Origin: an uncultured Chloroflexia bacterium | GTDB taxonomy: Bacteria; Chloroflexota; Limnocylindria; Limnocylindrales; CSP1-4 | NCBI GenBank assembly: GCA_963707215.1 | Contig: CAVPPB010000003.1 | Location: 1,312,001 to 1,376,000 of the forward strand | DNA: 64,000 bases | Reading direction: 5' to 3' | Part shown: positions 19,885 to 29,685 of the stretch, in pieces | Position numbering within the stretch: the first letter of the stretch is position 1 | Layout of the letters: each line of letters starts with the position of its first letter | Made by a program: the position numbers and the translations under genes | Notes under the pieces: model-generated | The model's database searches: none | The model's input: only the letters and a program-made list of their open reading frames with translations | What the model was told of the DNA's origin: nothing

Positions 19885-22800
19885 CTAGCGCCCGCCCGCC
19901 GCCGACCGGGCCGCGCTGGCCACGGCATCCGACACGACACCGGTGCCGCCGAGGACGACGATCCGGGACGGCTTGAGGCGAGCGAGCTCGGTCGCGGTCG
20001 CCGCGGGCAGCGAGGTCGCCGAGGTCAGCAGGACGGGTCCCCCGGCACGGGCGGCGGCGACCGAGCCGGCCAGCGCGTCGGGGTAGTCCGTGCCGACCGC
20101 GAGGTAGGCGACCGGCACCCCGGGGGCGAAGCTGGCCGCGCTGACGGCCGCGGCGGTGGCGTAGCGGTCGGGACCGGCGAGCCGGCTGACGGTCTTCGTG
20201 GTGGCGTAGGCCCGGGCCGCGCTGGCCACGGCATCCGACACGACACCGGTGCCGCCGAGGACGACGATCCGGGACGGCTTGAGGCGAGCGAGCTCGGTCG
20301 CGGTCGCCGCGGGCAGCGAGGTCGCCGAGGTCAGCAGGACCGGTCCCCCGGCACGGGCGGCGGCGACCGAGCCGGCCAGCGCGTCGGGGTAGTCCGTGCC
20401 GACCGCGAGGTAGGCGACCGGCACCCCGGGGGCGAAGCTGGCCGCGCTGACGGCCGCGGCGGTGGCGTAGCGGTCGGGACCGGCGAGCCGGCTGACGGTC
20501 TTCGTGGTGGCGTAGGCCCGGGCCGCGCTGGCCACGGCATCCGACACGACACCGGTGCCGCCGAGGACGACGATCCGGGACGGCTTGAGGCGAGCGAGCT
20601 CGGTCGCGGTCGCCGCGGGCAGCGAGGTCGCCGAGGTCAGCAGGACCGGTCCCCCGGCACGGGCGGCGGCGACCGAGCCGGCCAGCGCGTCGGGGTAGTC
20701 CGTGCCGACCGCGAGGTAGGCGACCGGCACCCCGGGGGCGAAGCTGGCCGCGCTGACGGCCGCGGCGGTGGCGTAGCGGTCGGGACCGGCGAGTCGGCTG
20801 ACCGGCAAGCGGTCCACCCTGACCGAGTACCGGGCGATCGTGTCTGCCGTGACCGGGACCGGCGAGGGAGCCGCGTAGGTCACGCTTCCGGCCGTGCCGA
20901 CGAGCTGCAGGACGTACGTCCCATCCGGCAGCGGGCCGGCAGCGGTCCGTGCGTCCCAGGCCATCGCCTGGCGGCCGGCCGCCCGCCCGGACAGGGACAG
21001 GGTCCCCGCCAGTGACCCGTCGGGTCGATGGACCCGAAGGGTCAGCGAATCGAGGCCGACGGCATTGGTCCAGGCCAGGGTGACAGTGTCGCCGACGCCG
21101 TCACCGTTCGGCGAGACCGTCGGTGGCGAGGCGGGTGCGGCGGCGGCCGCCGCGCTGCTCCCGATCGACAGGCCATGGATGCCGGCCTTGACCACGGTCA
21201 CGTTCGGCGGCTGGCGCGGCACCAGGTAGGTCGATCCGTTCCCCGAGGCCGCCACCCAGAACCCGTCCTCGACTGCGGTCACCGGGGCCCACTCGCGCAG
21301 CGGCCCGCGGACGCGGTACCAGGTGTAGCCATCTGCCGTCGCCGGGCCACCGGTCAGCAGCAGGGTGTCGCCGGCCGACAGGGTGCCCAGCTGGGTCGCA
21401 CTCGTGTCCGGGCCCGCGCGCATGCGGAGACCGGTCGTCGTGACGCGCCCGAAGGCGCCGACGGCCAGCGATGCCGGCGTGCCCCCGCTCGAGGTCACGT
21501 CCCAGGCCGAGAGGTTGCCTTTGACGTCGCGGGCTCGTGCCCGGAAGGCGAACCGGCCGCCCTCGGCACCGAGGTAGACACCGCCGCCGGACGAGGTGCC
21601 GGTGAGCCAGGTCTGCCAGGCGCCGCCGTTGGTGGCGACCTGCACGTCGTACGAGGCGATGGCGTTGTCGTCGTAGGCGCTCCATGTCACGCGGAAGCCC
21701 TCGGACGACTGGCTGGTCGGCAGGACGTCGATGCCGACCACCGGGGGCGTCGTGTCGTCGACGAACTTCTGGCGCAGGAGGCGATAGAGCTCGGGGCGGG
21801 TGCCGTCGTACCCGAGCGCCCACATCCCGACGCCGCGAAGCCCTCGTCGGTTGACCAGGTCGTACTTGGCTCCCAGGGCCTGGACGTCGTCGACGTACAG
21901 CTGGCGCCAGCAGCTGCCCGTGCACGAGTCCGTGTGATAGAGGGTCCAGGCGACCTGCTCGAGAGCGTCGTAGCGGCGTCCATTGGCCGCCAGGTAGTCC
22001 ATGGCCGAGCCATATACGACAGCGCTCGAGTAGCCATATGTCGATCCGGAGATGTTGCGGGCGTTCAGCGCGCTGGAGTCGGTCGACCAGGCCCGTCCGT
22101 AGTAGGGCACCCCGAGGATGAGCTTGCTGGCCGGCACCCTTGCCAGGTAGGCGTCGAGGGTGTCGGCGATGTCGTACCTCGGTCCGGCCAGTGGCGCGAT
22201 CGAGCCGACCGGCGACGAGCCGGACCCTCGGTAGTCGTAGCCCATGATGAAGATCGCGTCGGCGCCCCCCGGCGCGGTCGCCGCCTCGAGCGGATAGTTC
22301 CCGATGTAGCCGGTCGTGTCGAAGGTCAGCTGGTAGCCGGGAGTGATGGCATCGAGCTCGCGGCGGACCTCCCGGACGAAGGTCGCGAACTCGTCGGCGT
22401 AGCCGGACACGATCGGCTCGAAGTCGAGGTTGATGCCGTCGGCCCCTCGGTCGCGGACGGCTGCCGCGGCCTGGCGGGCGAGATTGAGGCGCGCGCTCGG
22501 GTCGCCGAGCAGGGCCGCCTGGGTGTTGCGCTGAGAATCCGTCCACGCGAAGACCGAGACCGTCAGGACGACCCGCGAGCCGGCCCGGTGGGCAGCGTTG
22601 ATGATCGAGGTCATCTTCGAACTGGTCCAGCCGGTCCAGCCGGTCGAGGTGCCCTTGATCAGGTCGCCGGCCCTGGTGGCGCCGACGCTGAAGTAGGCGA
22701 TCGTCGAGAGGACGTCGTAGTCGAGCGTCGTCGACGCATCGCTGACCTCCCAGTACGGCAGGAATCCGAAGACCTCGCGCCGAAGGCCCGCGAGAGCGGT

Positions 22801-23328
22801 CGGAACCAGGGCCTCCCCGTCGTGCGGGACCAGGAACGAGGCGCCCTCAGCGTCGACGATCCCGGCCGGGTCGACGATCGACTCATCAGGGGCGAACGTC
22901 CCGGGGACCTGGCTCGGGTCGGCCGACGGGGCCGGCGAGGCGTCCGACGGTCCCTCAGCCGCAGGGTCGCCCGACACGTCGGTCGGGCCACCCAGGGGAG
23001 ACCAGCGCGCTCCCTGCGGCGTGGCCGCCATCTCGATGCCCGATGCCCGACCTGCTGGCAGGGCCCGGGCCGGCAGGCCGCCGATGAGCGTGCGGTCGCC
23101 GCTTCGCGGCTGGAAGCCGACGGTCACCCGGTCACCCGGAACGAAGGTGATCGGATCGTCGGCGTGGGCGAGCCATTCCTCGTAGTGGACCGACGGGGCC
23201 ACCGGTCGATCGACGGCTGTCGGGTCTGCGGCCCGGGCGACCCCCGTCGGCAGCGAGCCGAGCGCCACCAGCAGCCCGACGACGAGGAGGACGAGCGAGC
23301 GAGCGAGCGGGCGGGCGGGCGTCGACAA
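19885..23328 (-). CDS. Secreted GH18 glycoside hydrolase with FN3/Ig-like, SH3-like and FlgD-Ig domains and three CWB2 repeats
   Basis: Signal peptide (...GVARA-AD), VFGFLPYW, DGINLDFE, IMGYDY, LILGVPYYG, GVGMWALGYD, LRMRAGP (SH3), SPNGDG (FlgD-Ig), three RLAGPDRYATAAAVS...DAL...PVLL units. Confidence 0.88.
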   Translation of the reverse strand: MSTPARPLARSLVLLVVGLLVALGSLPTGVARAADPTAVDRPVAPSVHYEEWLAHADDPITFVPGDRVTVGFQPRSGDRTLIGGLPARALPAGRASGIEMAATPQGARWSPLGGPTDVSGDPAAEGPSDASPAPSADPSQVPGTFAPDESIVDPAGIVDAEGASFLVPHDGEALVPTALAGLRREVFGFLPYWEVSDASTTLDYDVLSTIAYFSVGATRAGDLIKGTSTGWTGWTSSKMTSIINAAHRAGSRVVLTVSVFAWTDSQRNTQAALLGDPSARLNLARQAAAAVRDRGADGINLDFEPIVSGYADEFATFVREVRRELDAITPGYQLTFDTTGYIGNYPLEAATAPGGADAIFIMGYDYRGSGSSPVGSIAPLAGPRYDIADTLDAYLARVPASKLILGVPYYGRAWSTDSSALNARNISGSTYGYSSAVVYGSAMDYLAANGRRYDALEQVAWTLYHTDSCTGSCWRQLYVDDVQALGAKYDLVNRRGLRGVGMWALGYDGTRPELYRLLRQKFVDDTTPPVVGIDVLPTSQSSEGFRVTWSAYDDNAIASYDVQVATNGGAWQTWLTGTSSGGGVYLGAEGGRFAFRARARDVKGNLSAWDVTSSGGTPASLAVGAFGRVTTTGLRMRAGPDTSATQLGTLSAGDTLLLTGGPATADGYTWYRVRGPLREWAPVTAVEDGFWVAASGNGSTYLVPRQPPNVTVVKAGIHGLSIGSSAAAAAAPASPPTVSPNGDGVGDTVTLAWTNAVGLDSLTLRVHRPDGSLAGTLSLSGRAAGRQAMAWDARTAAGPLPDGTYVLQLVGTAGSVTYAAPSPVPVTADTIARYSVRVDRLPVSRLAGPDRYATAAAVSAASFAPGVPVAYLAVGTDYPDALAGSVAAARAGGPVLLTSATSLPAATATELARLKPSRIVVLGGTGVVSDAVASAARAYATTKTVSRLAGPDRYATAAAVSAASFAPGVPVAYLAVGTDYPDALAGSVAAARAGGPVLLTSATSLPAATATELARLKPSRIVVLGGTGVVSDAVASAARAYATTKTVSRLAGPDRYATAAAVSAASFAPGVPVAYLAVGTDYPDALAGSVAAARAGGPVLLTSATSLPAATATELARLKPSRIVVLGGTGVVSDAVASAARSAAGGR
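19907..20801. repeat. Three near-identical 306-bp tandem repeats encoding CWB2 units
   Basis: CACGGCATCC recurs at 19921, 20227 and 20533; only about two single-base differences were seen among copies. Confidence 0.95.
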
Positions 23329-23621
23329 GCGATGGTCCTCCGGGGGCAGGCGCCGTGGGCGGCGGAGACGGCGTCGAAGGGTCCCGACCCGGGGCCGTCG
23401 ACCGCAGGAGGGAGTGTCGACCCTGGGCGTCGTCGGGCCTATCGGTCGATGGTCATGCTAGCGGCCCGTACGAGATGGTGCGGTGGAGTACCGGGCGGTC
23501 GGCGGACGAAGGGTGGGGAGCGGACCACTCCGGTGGCGTCAGAGGTCGTCGGGGATCGTCAACCTGCAGCCGGGCCTGCGAGCGCGACCGGGCGCCAGGT
23601 CAGGCAGCGATCCGCTGGCGG

Positions 23622-25905
23622 CTACGGGACCTCGTACCGCGCGAGGGCCGCCTTGACCGCGTCGGTCACGACGCCGGTCCCGCCGAGGACGACGATCCGA
23701 GCGGGCTTGAGGCGGCCGAGCTCGGTCGCGGTGGCGGTCGGGATGGTGTCCCTCGTGACGAGCAGGACCGGGGCCCCGGCGCTGCCGGCGGCGGCGCTGC
23801 CGGCGAGGGCGTCGGGGAAGTTCGCCCCGGTGGCCACGTAGGCGACGGCGACCCCCGGGCCGAAGGAGGCCGCGCTGATCGCCGCGGCGGTCGCGTAGCG
23901 GTCGGCCCCGGCGAGGCGGCTGACCGAGCCGGCGGTGTACCGCGCGAGGGCCGCCTTGACCGCGTCGGTCACGACGGCGGTCGCCGCCGAGGACGACGAT
24001 CCGAGCGGGCTTGAGGCGGCCGAGCTCGGTCGCGGTGGCGGTCGGGATGGTGTCCCTCGTGACGAGCAGGACCGGGGCCCCGGCGCTGCCGGCGGCGGCG
24101 CTGCCGGCGAGGGCGTCGGGGAAGTTCGCCCCGGTGGCCACGTAGGCGACGGCGACCCCCGGGCCGAAGGAGGCCGCGCTGATCGCCGCGGCGGTCGCGT
24201 AGCGGTCGGCCCCGGCGAGGCGGCTGACCGAGCCGGCGGTGTACCGCGCGAGGGCCGCCTTGACCGCGTCGGTCACGACGCCGGCGCCGCCGAGGACGAC
24301 GATCCGAGCGGGCTTGAGGCGGCCGAGCTCGGTCGCGGTGGCGGTCGGGATGGTGTCCCTCGTGACGAGCAGGACCGGGGCCCCGGCGCTGCCGGCGGCG
24401 GCGCTGCCGGCGAGGGCATCGGGGAAGTTCGCCCCGGTGGCCACGTAGGCGACGGCGACCCCCGGGCCGAAGGAGGCCGCGCTGATCGCCGCGGCGGTCG
24501 CGTAGCGGTCGGCCCCGGCGAGGCGGCGATCCGTCCGACTGTCGACGATGACCGCCCCGGTGCGATCGAGCGGCTCGTTGCCCCAGTCGTCGACGGCCGT
24601 CACGACCCACCGATAGACACCATCGGGGACCTTGGAGCCGCCCTTGGTCCCGTCCCAGGCGAGGGTCGCGGACGTGCCGGACCCCTTCGCTGCGACGATG
24701 GTGGACCCGGACGCATCGACGACCTTCGCCGTCCAGGCGACGTCCTCCGAGAACCGCCCCTCGATCCGGAGCGTGTCCGTCGTGCCGTCGCCATTCGGGG
24801 TGATGACGATCGTCTCGGGAACACCCCAGAGCTGCGGCCCGAGGCTGTCCCGGGGGACGAGGTCGGTGGTGATCATGTGACCGGCGACCGACCCATCGAG
24901 CGTCTCCACCTCGAGGATCCGGGCCCCTTCGGCGACCGCGCCGGCATCGTCGTTGACCCGCAGGCGGGTGCCGGCGGCCAGGGTCGCGGTCGGCTCGGCG
25001 GCGACATCGGCAGAGTCGTACACCGGTGCCCCGTCGACATCGACCGAGGCCGCCCCGGGCACGACGAAGTCCGACGGGTCCGATCCGGTCTCGGCGAACG
25101 CGCCCCCGGTCACGTCGGTCGTGGTCAGGCCGGGCTGGCCGACCAGCGAGCGGTAGAACCCCTTCGTCGGGCTGTCCGGGTCCGACCAGGACACGAACCC
25201 AGAGCTTCGCGCCGACGACCAGCTCGCCGCGTTGCCGTTGGCGGCCGGGTGACCCTTCCAGGCCGCCTCCACCGTCTGGCGGGTCGTGAAGAGGGCCCGG
25301 AACCACCAGCCGGCACCGTAGTGGGCGTCGGCGATGACCGCGCGCGCGCCCGCCTTCAGGAACCCGGCGGCGTAGTTGTCGATCCGCTGTCGTGCCACGG
25401 AGACCGACGGCTCGGCGTGGCCCGGCTCCGAGTTGCCCGAGGCGTAGCAGAGGTGGTTCAGGATGACCAGCGCGTTGGGTGCGAGGTCGATCTCCTTGGC
25501 GATGTACGACTCGCCGTAGTAGGTGTTGTTGTAGTCGCCCTGGCCGGCCGCCTTGTTCAGGCCGAAGCCGTTCTGCTTGAGAGGGTTGAGCGTGCTGCTG
25601 TACGGGCTCGGGAAGCCGTTGCCATGCCCCAGGTACAGGACGACCGAGGCCCCCTGGAGGGCGGACCGAACGGCGCCCCACGTCGCGTTCGGGCTGTAGA
25701 CACGGACGACGTTCGAGGAGTACTTGACGGCCTCCGCATAGGCCTCGTCGGCCCGTGAGCGATACGCCGAGGTCGAGCTGTGGGTGGCGCCGACGATGAT
25801 GACGATCTTCGGGTCGATGGGCTCGGCGGCGTTCGTCGTCGGGACCGAGGGCATGACGAGGCCAGCGACGATGAGACCAAGGGCGATCAGGAGGGACCGG
25901 CGCAA
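23622..25905 (-). CDS. Secreted protein with a clan-CD (gingipain/caspase-like) domain, FlgD-Ig and three CWB2 repeats; one apparent frameshift near 23980
   Basis: TTG 25905 after GGAG, signal peptide RRSLLIALGLIVAGLV, VLYLGHG and ILNHLCY motifs, ITPNGDG, RLAGADRYATAAAIS repeats. ORFs 23539..26031 and 23622..23972 join across one extra base. Confidence 0.8.
23634..24527. repeat. Three near-identical 303-bp tandem repeats encoding CWB2 units
   Basis: GTACCGCGCGAGGGCC at 23634, 23937 and 24241 (periods 303 and 304; the middle copy carries one extra base). Confidence 0.93.
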
Positions 25906-26164
25906 GAGGGACTCCAGGTGGTCGATCCGCTCGCATCGAAACGGCGGCTCGACTGGGCAGGCGATGACGATGCAGCGAGCGTGCGTCGCGCGACCCGGCC
26001 CCTCAATCGCGGGATGGTCCGGGCCCGGCATAGGCCCACCGTCCCGGAGACGGGCGTTGCGGGCGGGTCGGGGGACGTGCAGGTGCGTCGGGCGGGTCGG
26101 GGATCGCGATCCGCGGTGCGGCCCGGCACCCCGGCTCCGCCCCGCTCACGCGGCTGCCCGGGGC

Positions 26165-26752
26165 TCAGCCTCGGAGACGCTGCACCAATGTCGCCAGGGA
26201 TGGGCTATCGCGGTCCCGGTCCGACAGGATCGGGCGACCGTCGGCGGTCACCCTCACCGCGGGCCAGGGCACGGCGGCCAGCGGGTCGTCCCAGGCGAAC
26301 CCCAGCTCATCCGTCCCGTCGTACTCGCCCGTGACGAGGTAGAGCAGGGTCAGGGGCTCCAGGGCCAGGAAGCCGTGGGCGACACCGACGGGGATCGATA
26401 GCCATCCGTCGCGCGACAGCTCCATCGTGTCGACGACGGGCCTGGCGGCGTCGTGGAGCATCGGTCGGACGTCGACGAGGGCCACGAAGGCTCGACCGTC
26501 GAGGACGACCCAGTGGTCCAGCTGACGCCCGTGGACGTGCAGCCCGCGCAACACGCCCGGCGCCGAGGTGGAGACGTTCGCCTGGACGAACCGGGGGTCA
26601 GGCCCCGCGGCCTCCGGATCCAGCCGGCCGTACCAGCTGTCCCGCCAGACCTCGCGGAAGGTGCCTCGATCGTCCCCATGGGGCCGAAGACGACCGACCC
26701 GGACACCGGCGATCCGGGCGTCGCCGGAGGAGGATCCGGCCGGTGCCGTCAT
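26165..26752 (-). CDS. rmlC: dTDP-4-dehydrorhamnose 3,5-epimerase
   Basis: HGDDRGTFRE, FVQANVS, GVLRGLH, IPVGVAHGF, WDDP, LSDRD. ATG 26752 overlaps the rmlD stop. Confidence 0.92.
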   Translation of the reverse strand: MTAPAGSSSGDARIAGVRVGRLRPHGDDRGTFREVWRDSWYGRLDPEAAGPDPRFVQANVSTSAPGVLRGLHVHGRQLDHWVVLDGRAFVALVDVRPMLHDAARPVVDTMELSRDGWLSIPVGVAHGFLALEPLTLLYLVTGEYDGTDELGFAWDDPLAAVPWPAVRVTADGRPILSDRDRDSPSLATLVQRLRG

Positions 26753-27699
26753 CGCCCGGCCGCCTGAGCCGACCGGCGCCAGGCGAGATCGTCGGCCAAC
26801 GCCTCCGGCCATGGGCGCATCGGCTCGCCGGACGGCAGCGGCGTAGGCTCCAGGACGGCCCACATCGGTGGCGTCGAGGCGCGGTGCCAGGCGGCGGCGG
26901 GGATCTCCTGGATCGGCACGCCGGGAGCGAGCGCATCGAGGACGGCCCGGGCCCAGCCGGCTCGCGAGACGACGCCGGCATTCACGCAGTGGTGGATCCC
27001 CCCGAATCGCGGGGCTCCGATCAACTCGACGATGGCTTCGGCGAGGTCGGCGCTCCGGGTCGGCTGGCCGTACTCGTCGCCGACCACCCGGAGCGGCTCG
27101 CCCGCGGCTTGCGCTCGCCCGGCTGCAGCGACGATGCGGGCCGGGAAGTCGTCCCCCGGGGGACCGTACAGCCAGGCCGTCCGGACGATCGCCAGCTGCG
27201 GGTCGGAGGCGACCCGGTCGACCGGCACGAACGGGCCGGGACGGGTCCCGGTGAACGTCTCGTAGGCGTCGGTCGCGGCCCGCTCCCCGGCCAGCTTGCT
27301 CCGGCCGTACGGATTCGGCGGATCCGGCGGGTCTCCCGCCCCGTACGAGCGACCATCGGTGCGGGTCCCCGGGAAGACCTCGTTGGTGGAGACGACGACG
27401 AGATCGATCCCCTGCGCAGCGCAGGCCCGGGCAAGCGCACCGACCGCCGCGCCGTTGCGAGCCAGGGCGAGCTCGGGCTCCCTGGCGCAGGCGTCGACGT
27501 CGGTCCACGCGGCGGCGTGGACGACGACCTCGGGTCGATCCTCCACCAGGAGGGGGCCGAACCCATCGGGACGGTCGAGATCGAACGCGCGCCGGTCCCA
27601 GCCGAGCGGCCCCGAAGGACCGGTGAAGGGTGCCTCCTCGAGCGCCTCGATGAGCGCCCTGCCGAGGCGGCCGGACGACCCGGTGACGGCGACCCGCAC
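26749..27699 (-). CDS. rmlD: dTDP-4-dehydrorhamnose reductase
   Basis: VTGSSGRLG, HAAAWTDVDAC, STNEVF, YGRSKLAGE, RTAWLYG, GQPT. Confidence 0.92.
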   Translation of the reverse strand: MRVAVTGSSGRLGRALIEALEEAPFTGPSGPLGWDRRAFDLDRPDGFGPLLVEDRPEVVVHAAAWTDVDACAREPELALARNGAAVGALARACAAQGIDLVVVSTNEVFPGTRTDGRSYGAGDPPDPPNPYGRSKLAGERAATDAYETFTGTRPGPFVPVDRVASDPQLAIVRTAWLYGPPGDDFPARIVAAAGRAQAAGEPLRVVGDEYGQPTRSADLAEAIVELIGAPRFGGIHHCVNAGVVSRAGWARAVLDALAPGVPIQEIPAAAWHRASTPPMWAVLEPTPLPSGEPMRPWPEALADDLAWRRSAQAAGR

Positions 27700-28832
27700 T
27701 ACGGCTCCGGCGTGGCCGTGGAGGCCGCGAGGCGCTCGCGGTACTGGCGATCGACGTAGTCGGCCCAGTCCTCGCCACGAGCCCGACGCCACCAGACCTC
27801 GTTGGCCCCGTACCAGTCGACGGTGGCATCGAGGCCCTCCTCGAAGGCGAGGCTCGGGGCCCAGCCGAGGGCTCGGAGCTTCGAGCCGTCCATGGCGTAG
27901 CGCCGATCGTGGCCAGGTCGATCGGGCACCGACCGGACCAGCGACCACGGCTTGCCCAGCCGGGCGAGGAGGCGGGCGACGACCTCGCGGTTGGTGCGCT
28001 CCGTCGCACCGGGCACGTTGTAGGCCTCGCCTGCCGTTCCGTACCGGAGCACGTGCTCGACCGCGGCGGCATGGTCCTCGACGTGGAGCCAGTCGCGGAT
28101 CTGGCGGCCGTCCCCATACATCGGGAGAGACCGGTCCTCGAGGGCCTCGGTGATGAAGAGGGGGATGAGCTTCTCGGGATGCTGATATGGCCCGTAGGTG
28201 TTGGAGCCGCGGGTCACAACGACGTCGAGCCCATAGGTCACCTGATAGCTTCGGGCCAGCAGCTCGCCGGCCGCCTTGGCGGCCGCATAGGGCGACCTCG
28301 GCGCCATGGGGTCGCCCTCTACGGATCGGCCCTCTTCGACCGAACCGTAGACCTCGTCGGTGGAGACCTGGAGCAGCCGTGGGGACCCGAGCACCCGACC
28401 GGTCGCGTCGACCCGCTCGCCGTCGCGGGCTCGGTCGGTCTCGCGGCGAACGGCCTCGAGGAGTACGTGGACCCCGATGACGCCGGTCCGCAGGAAGGCC
28501 TCCGGGTCCAGGATCGAGCGGTCGACGTGCGATTCAGCCGCGAAGTTGACCACCGCGTCCGCTGCCGCGACCAGCGGCCCGACCACGTCGGGATCGGCGA
28601 TGTCGCCGCGGACGAAGGTCAGCCGGGCCGCCTGCTCCGGCTCGCCATGGACCAGGTCGAGGTTGGCGAGGTTGCCCGCGTAGGTCAGCTTGTCCAGGAC
28701 GGTGATCCGCGTTCCATCACCTCGAGCCAGGATGCGCCGGACGAAGCACGAGCCGATGAAGCCGGCGCCCCCGGTGACCAGGAGGTGGCTGGGGCCGGCC
28801 CCAGCCGCCGACGGGTCGGGCTGCTGGGTCAC
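27699..28832 (-). CDS. rmlB: dTDP-glucose 4,6-dehydratase
   Basis: VTGGAGFIGS, DKLTYAGN, FAAESHVDRSI, STDEVYG, YAAAK, DRPGHDRRY. Confidence 0.95.
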   Translation of the reverse strand: MTQQPDPSAAGAGPSHLLVTGGAGFIGSCFVRRILARGDGTRITVLDKLTYAGNLANLDLVHGEPEQAARLTFVRGDIADPDVVGPLVAAADAVVNFAAESHVDRSILDPEAFLRTGVIGVHVLLEAVRRETDRARDGERVDATGRVLGSPRLLQVSTDEVYGSVEEGRSVEGDPMAPRSPYAAAKAAGELLARSYQVTYGLDVVVTRGSNTYGPYQHPEKLIPLFITEALEDRSLPMYGDGRQIRDWLHVEDHAAAVEHVLRYGTAGEAYNVPGATERTNREVVARLLARLGKPWSLVRSVPDRPGHDRRYAMDGSKLRALGWAPSLAFEEGLDATVDWYGANEVWWRRARGEDWADYVDRQYRERLAASTATPEP

Positions 28833-29647
28833 TGGGGGCCGTCCCCGGATCCGGGAGGGGCCCACTCCGAACCCGTCTCCTCGGCCCGCTCGCCGGGCCG
28901 GCCGGGTGGCGGGGCCAGCCGGCCGGCCTCGTCGTCGACGGCGGCCAGCTCGGCTGACCGCAGGAGCGAGGGGACGGTGCCCGCATCGGCCCAGGCACCC
29001 TCATAGACGCGAGCGAAGAGCCCGCCGCCGGGCACGTAGTGGTTGAGCAGGTCCGTGATCTCGAGCTCGCCGCGTCCAGACGGGACCAGGTGCTCGATGA
29101 CGTCGAAGGCGTCCGGGCGGAGGAAGTAGACACCGATCGGGATGAGATCGCTCTTCGGCCGCTCGGGCTTCTCCTCGAAGCCGAGGATCGTGCCGTCCGG
29201 GGCGAGGTCGGCGACCCCGAAGCGCTCCGGATCGGACACCCGGTAGAGGAGGGTCCCGGCACCCCAGGGGCCAGCCTCGAACTCGCGGGCCACATCGACG
29301 AGATCGGGGCCCCGGAGGATGTTGTCCCCGAGGACCACGCAGAAGGCCTGGTCGCCGACGAAGTCGCGGGCGAGGCCGATGGCATGGGCGATACCCAGCG
29401 CGCCGCGCTGGTACCGATAGGTCAGGTCGAGACCGAAGTGCCGACCGTCGCCGAGGAGCTCCACGATGTCGCCGACGCTCTTGCCGCCCACCACCACGAG
29501 CACCTCGCGGATCCCCATCCCGGCCAGGGTCTGGAGCGGGTGATAGATCATCGGCCGGTCATAGATCGGCAGGAGGTGCTTGTTGGTCACGATCGTCAGG
29601 GGGAACAGCCGGGTCGCAGTCCCCCCGGCGAGTACGAGGCCACGCAT
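28829..29647 (-). CDS. rmlA: Glucose-1-phosphate thymidylyltransferase
   Basis: LAGGTATRLFPLT, NKHLLPIYDRPMI, LGDN, EEKP, SGRGELEITD, WADAGT. Confidence 0.93.
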   Translation of the reverse strand: MRGLVLAGGTATRLFPLTIVTNKHLLPIYDRPMIYHPLQTLAGMGIREVLVVVGGKSVGDIVELLGDGRHFGLDLTYRYQRGALGIAHAIGLARDFVGDQAFCVVLGDNILRGPDLVDVAREFEAGPWGAGTLLYRVSDPERFGVADLAPDGTILGFEEKPERPKSDLIPIGVYFLRPDAFDVIEHLVPSGRGELEITDLLNHYVPGGGLFARVYEGAWADAGTVPSLLRSAELAAVDDEAGRLAPPPGRPGERAEETGSEWAPPGSGDGPQ

Positions 29648-29685
29648 GGACCGGAGAGTAGCAGGCAGACCCCGGCCAGCGGCGC

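Noticed and set aside
23329-23621. Possible c-di-AMP (ydaO) riboswitch ahead of the GH18 wall hydrolase
   Set aside because: The context is suggestive, but I could not find the conserved ydaO sequence elements on the coding strand. An Rfam/Infernal scan would settle it.
23960-24000. Programmed frameshift or phase variation in the second CWB2 gene
   Set aside because: The extra base lies where the repeat copies differ and looks like a blend of the two variants, which is typical of a consensus error. There is no slippery or homopolymer tract.
19907-24527. Long direct repeats as a possible CRISPR array or mobile element
   Set aside because: The units are about 300 bp, contiguous, in frame and encode CWB2 domains. 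There are no spacers, cas genes or transposase.
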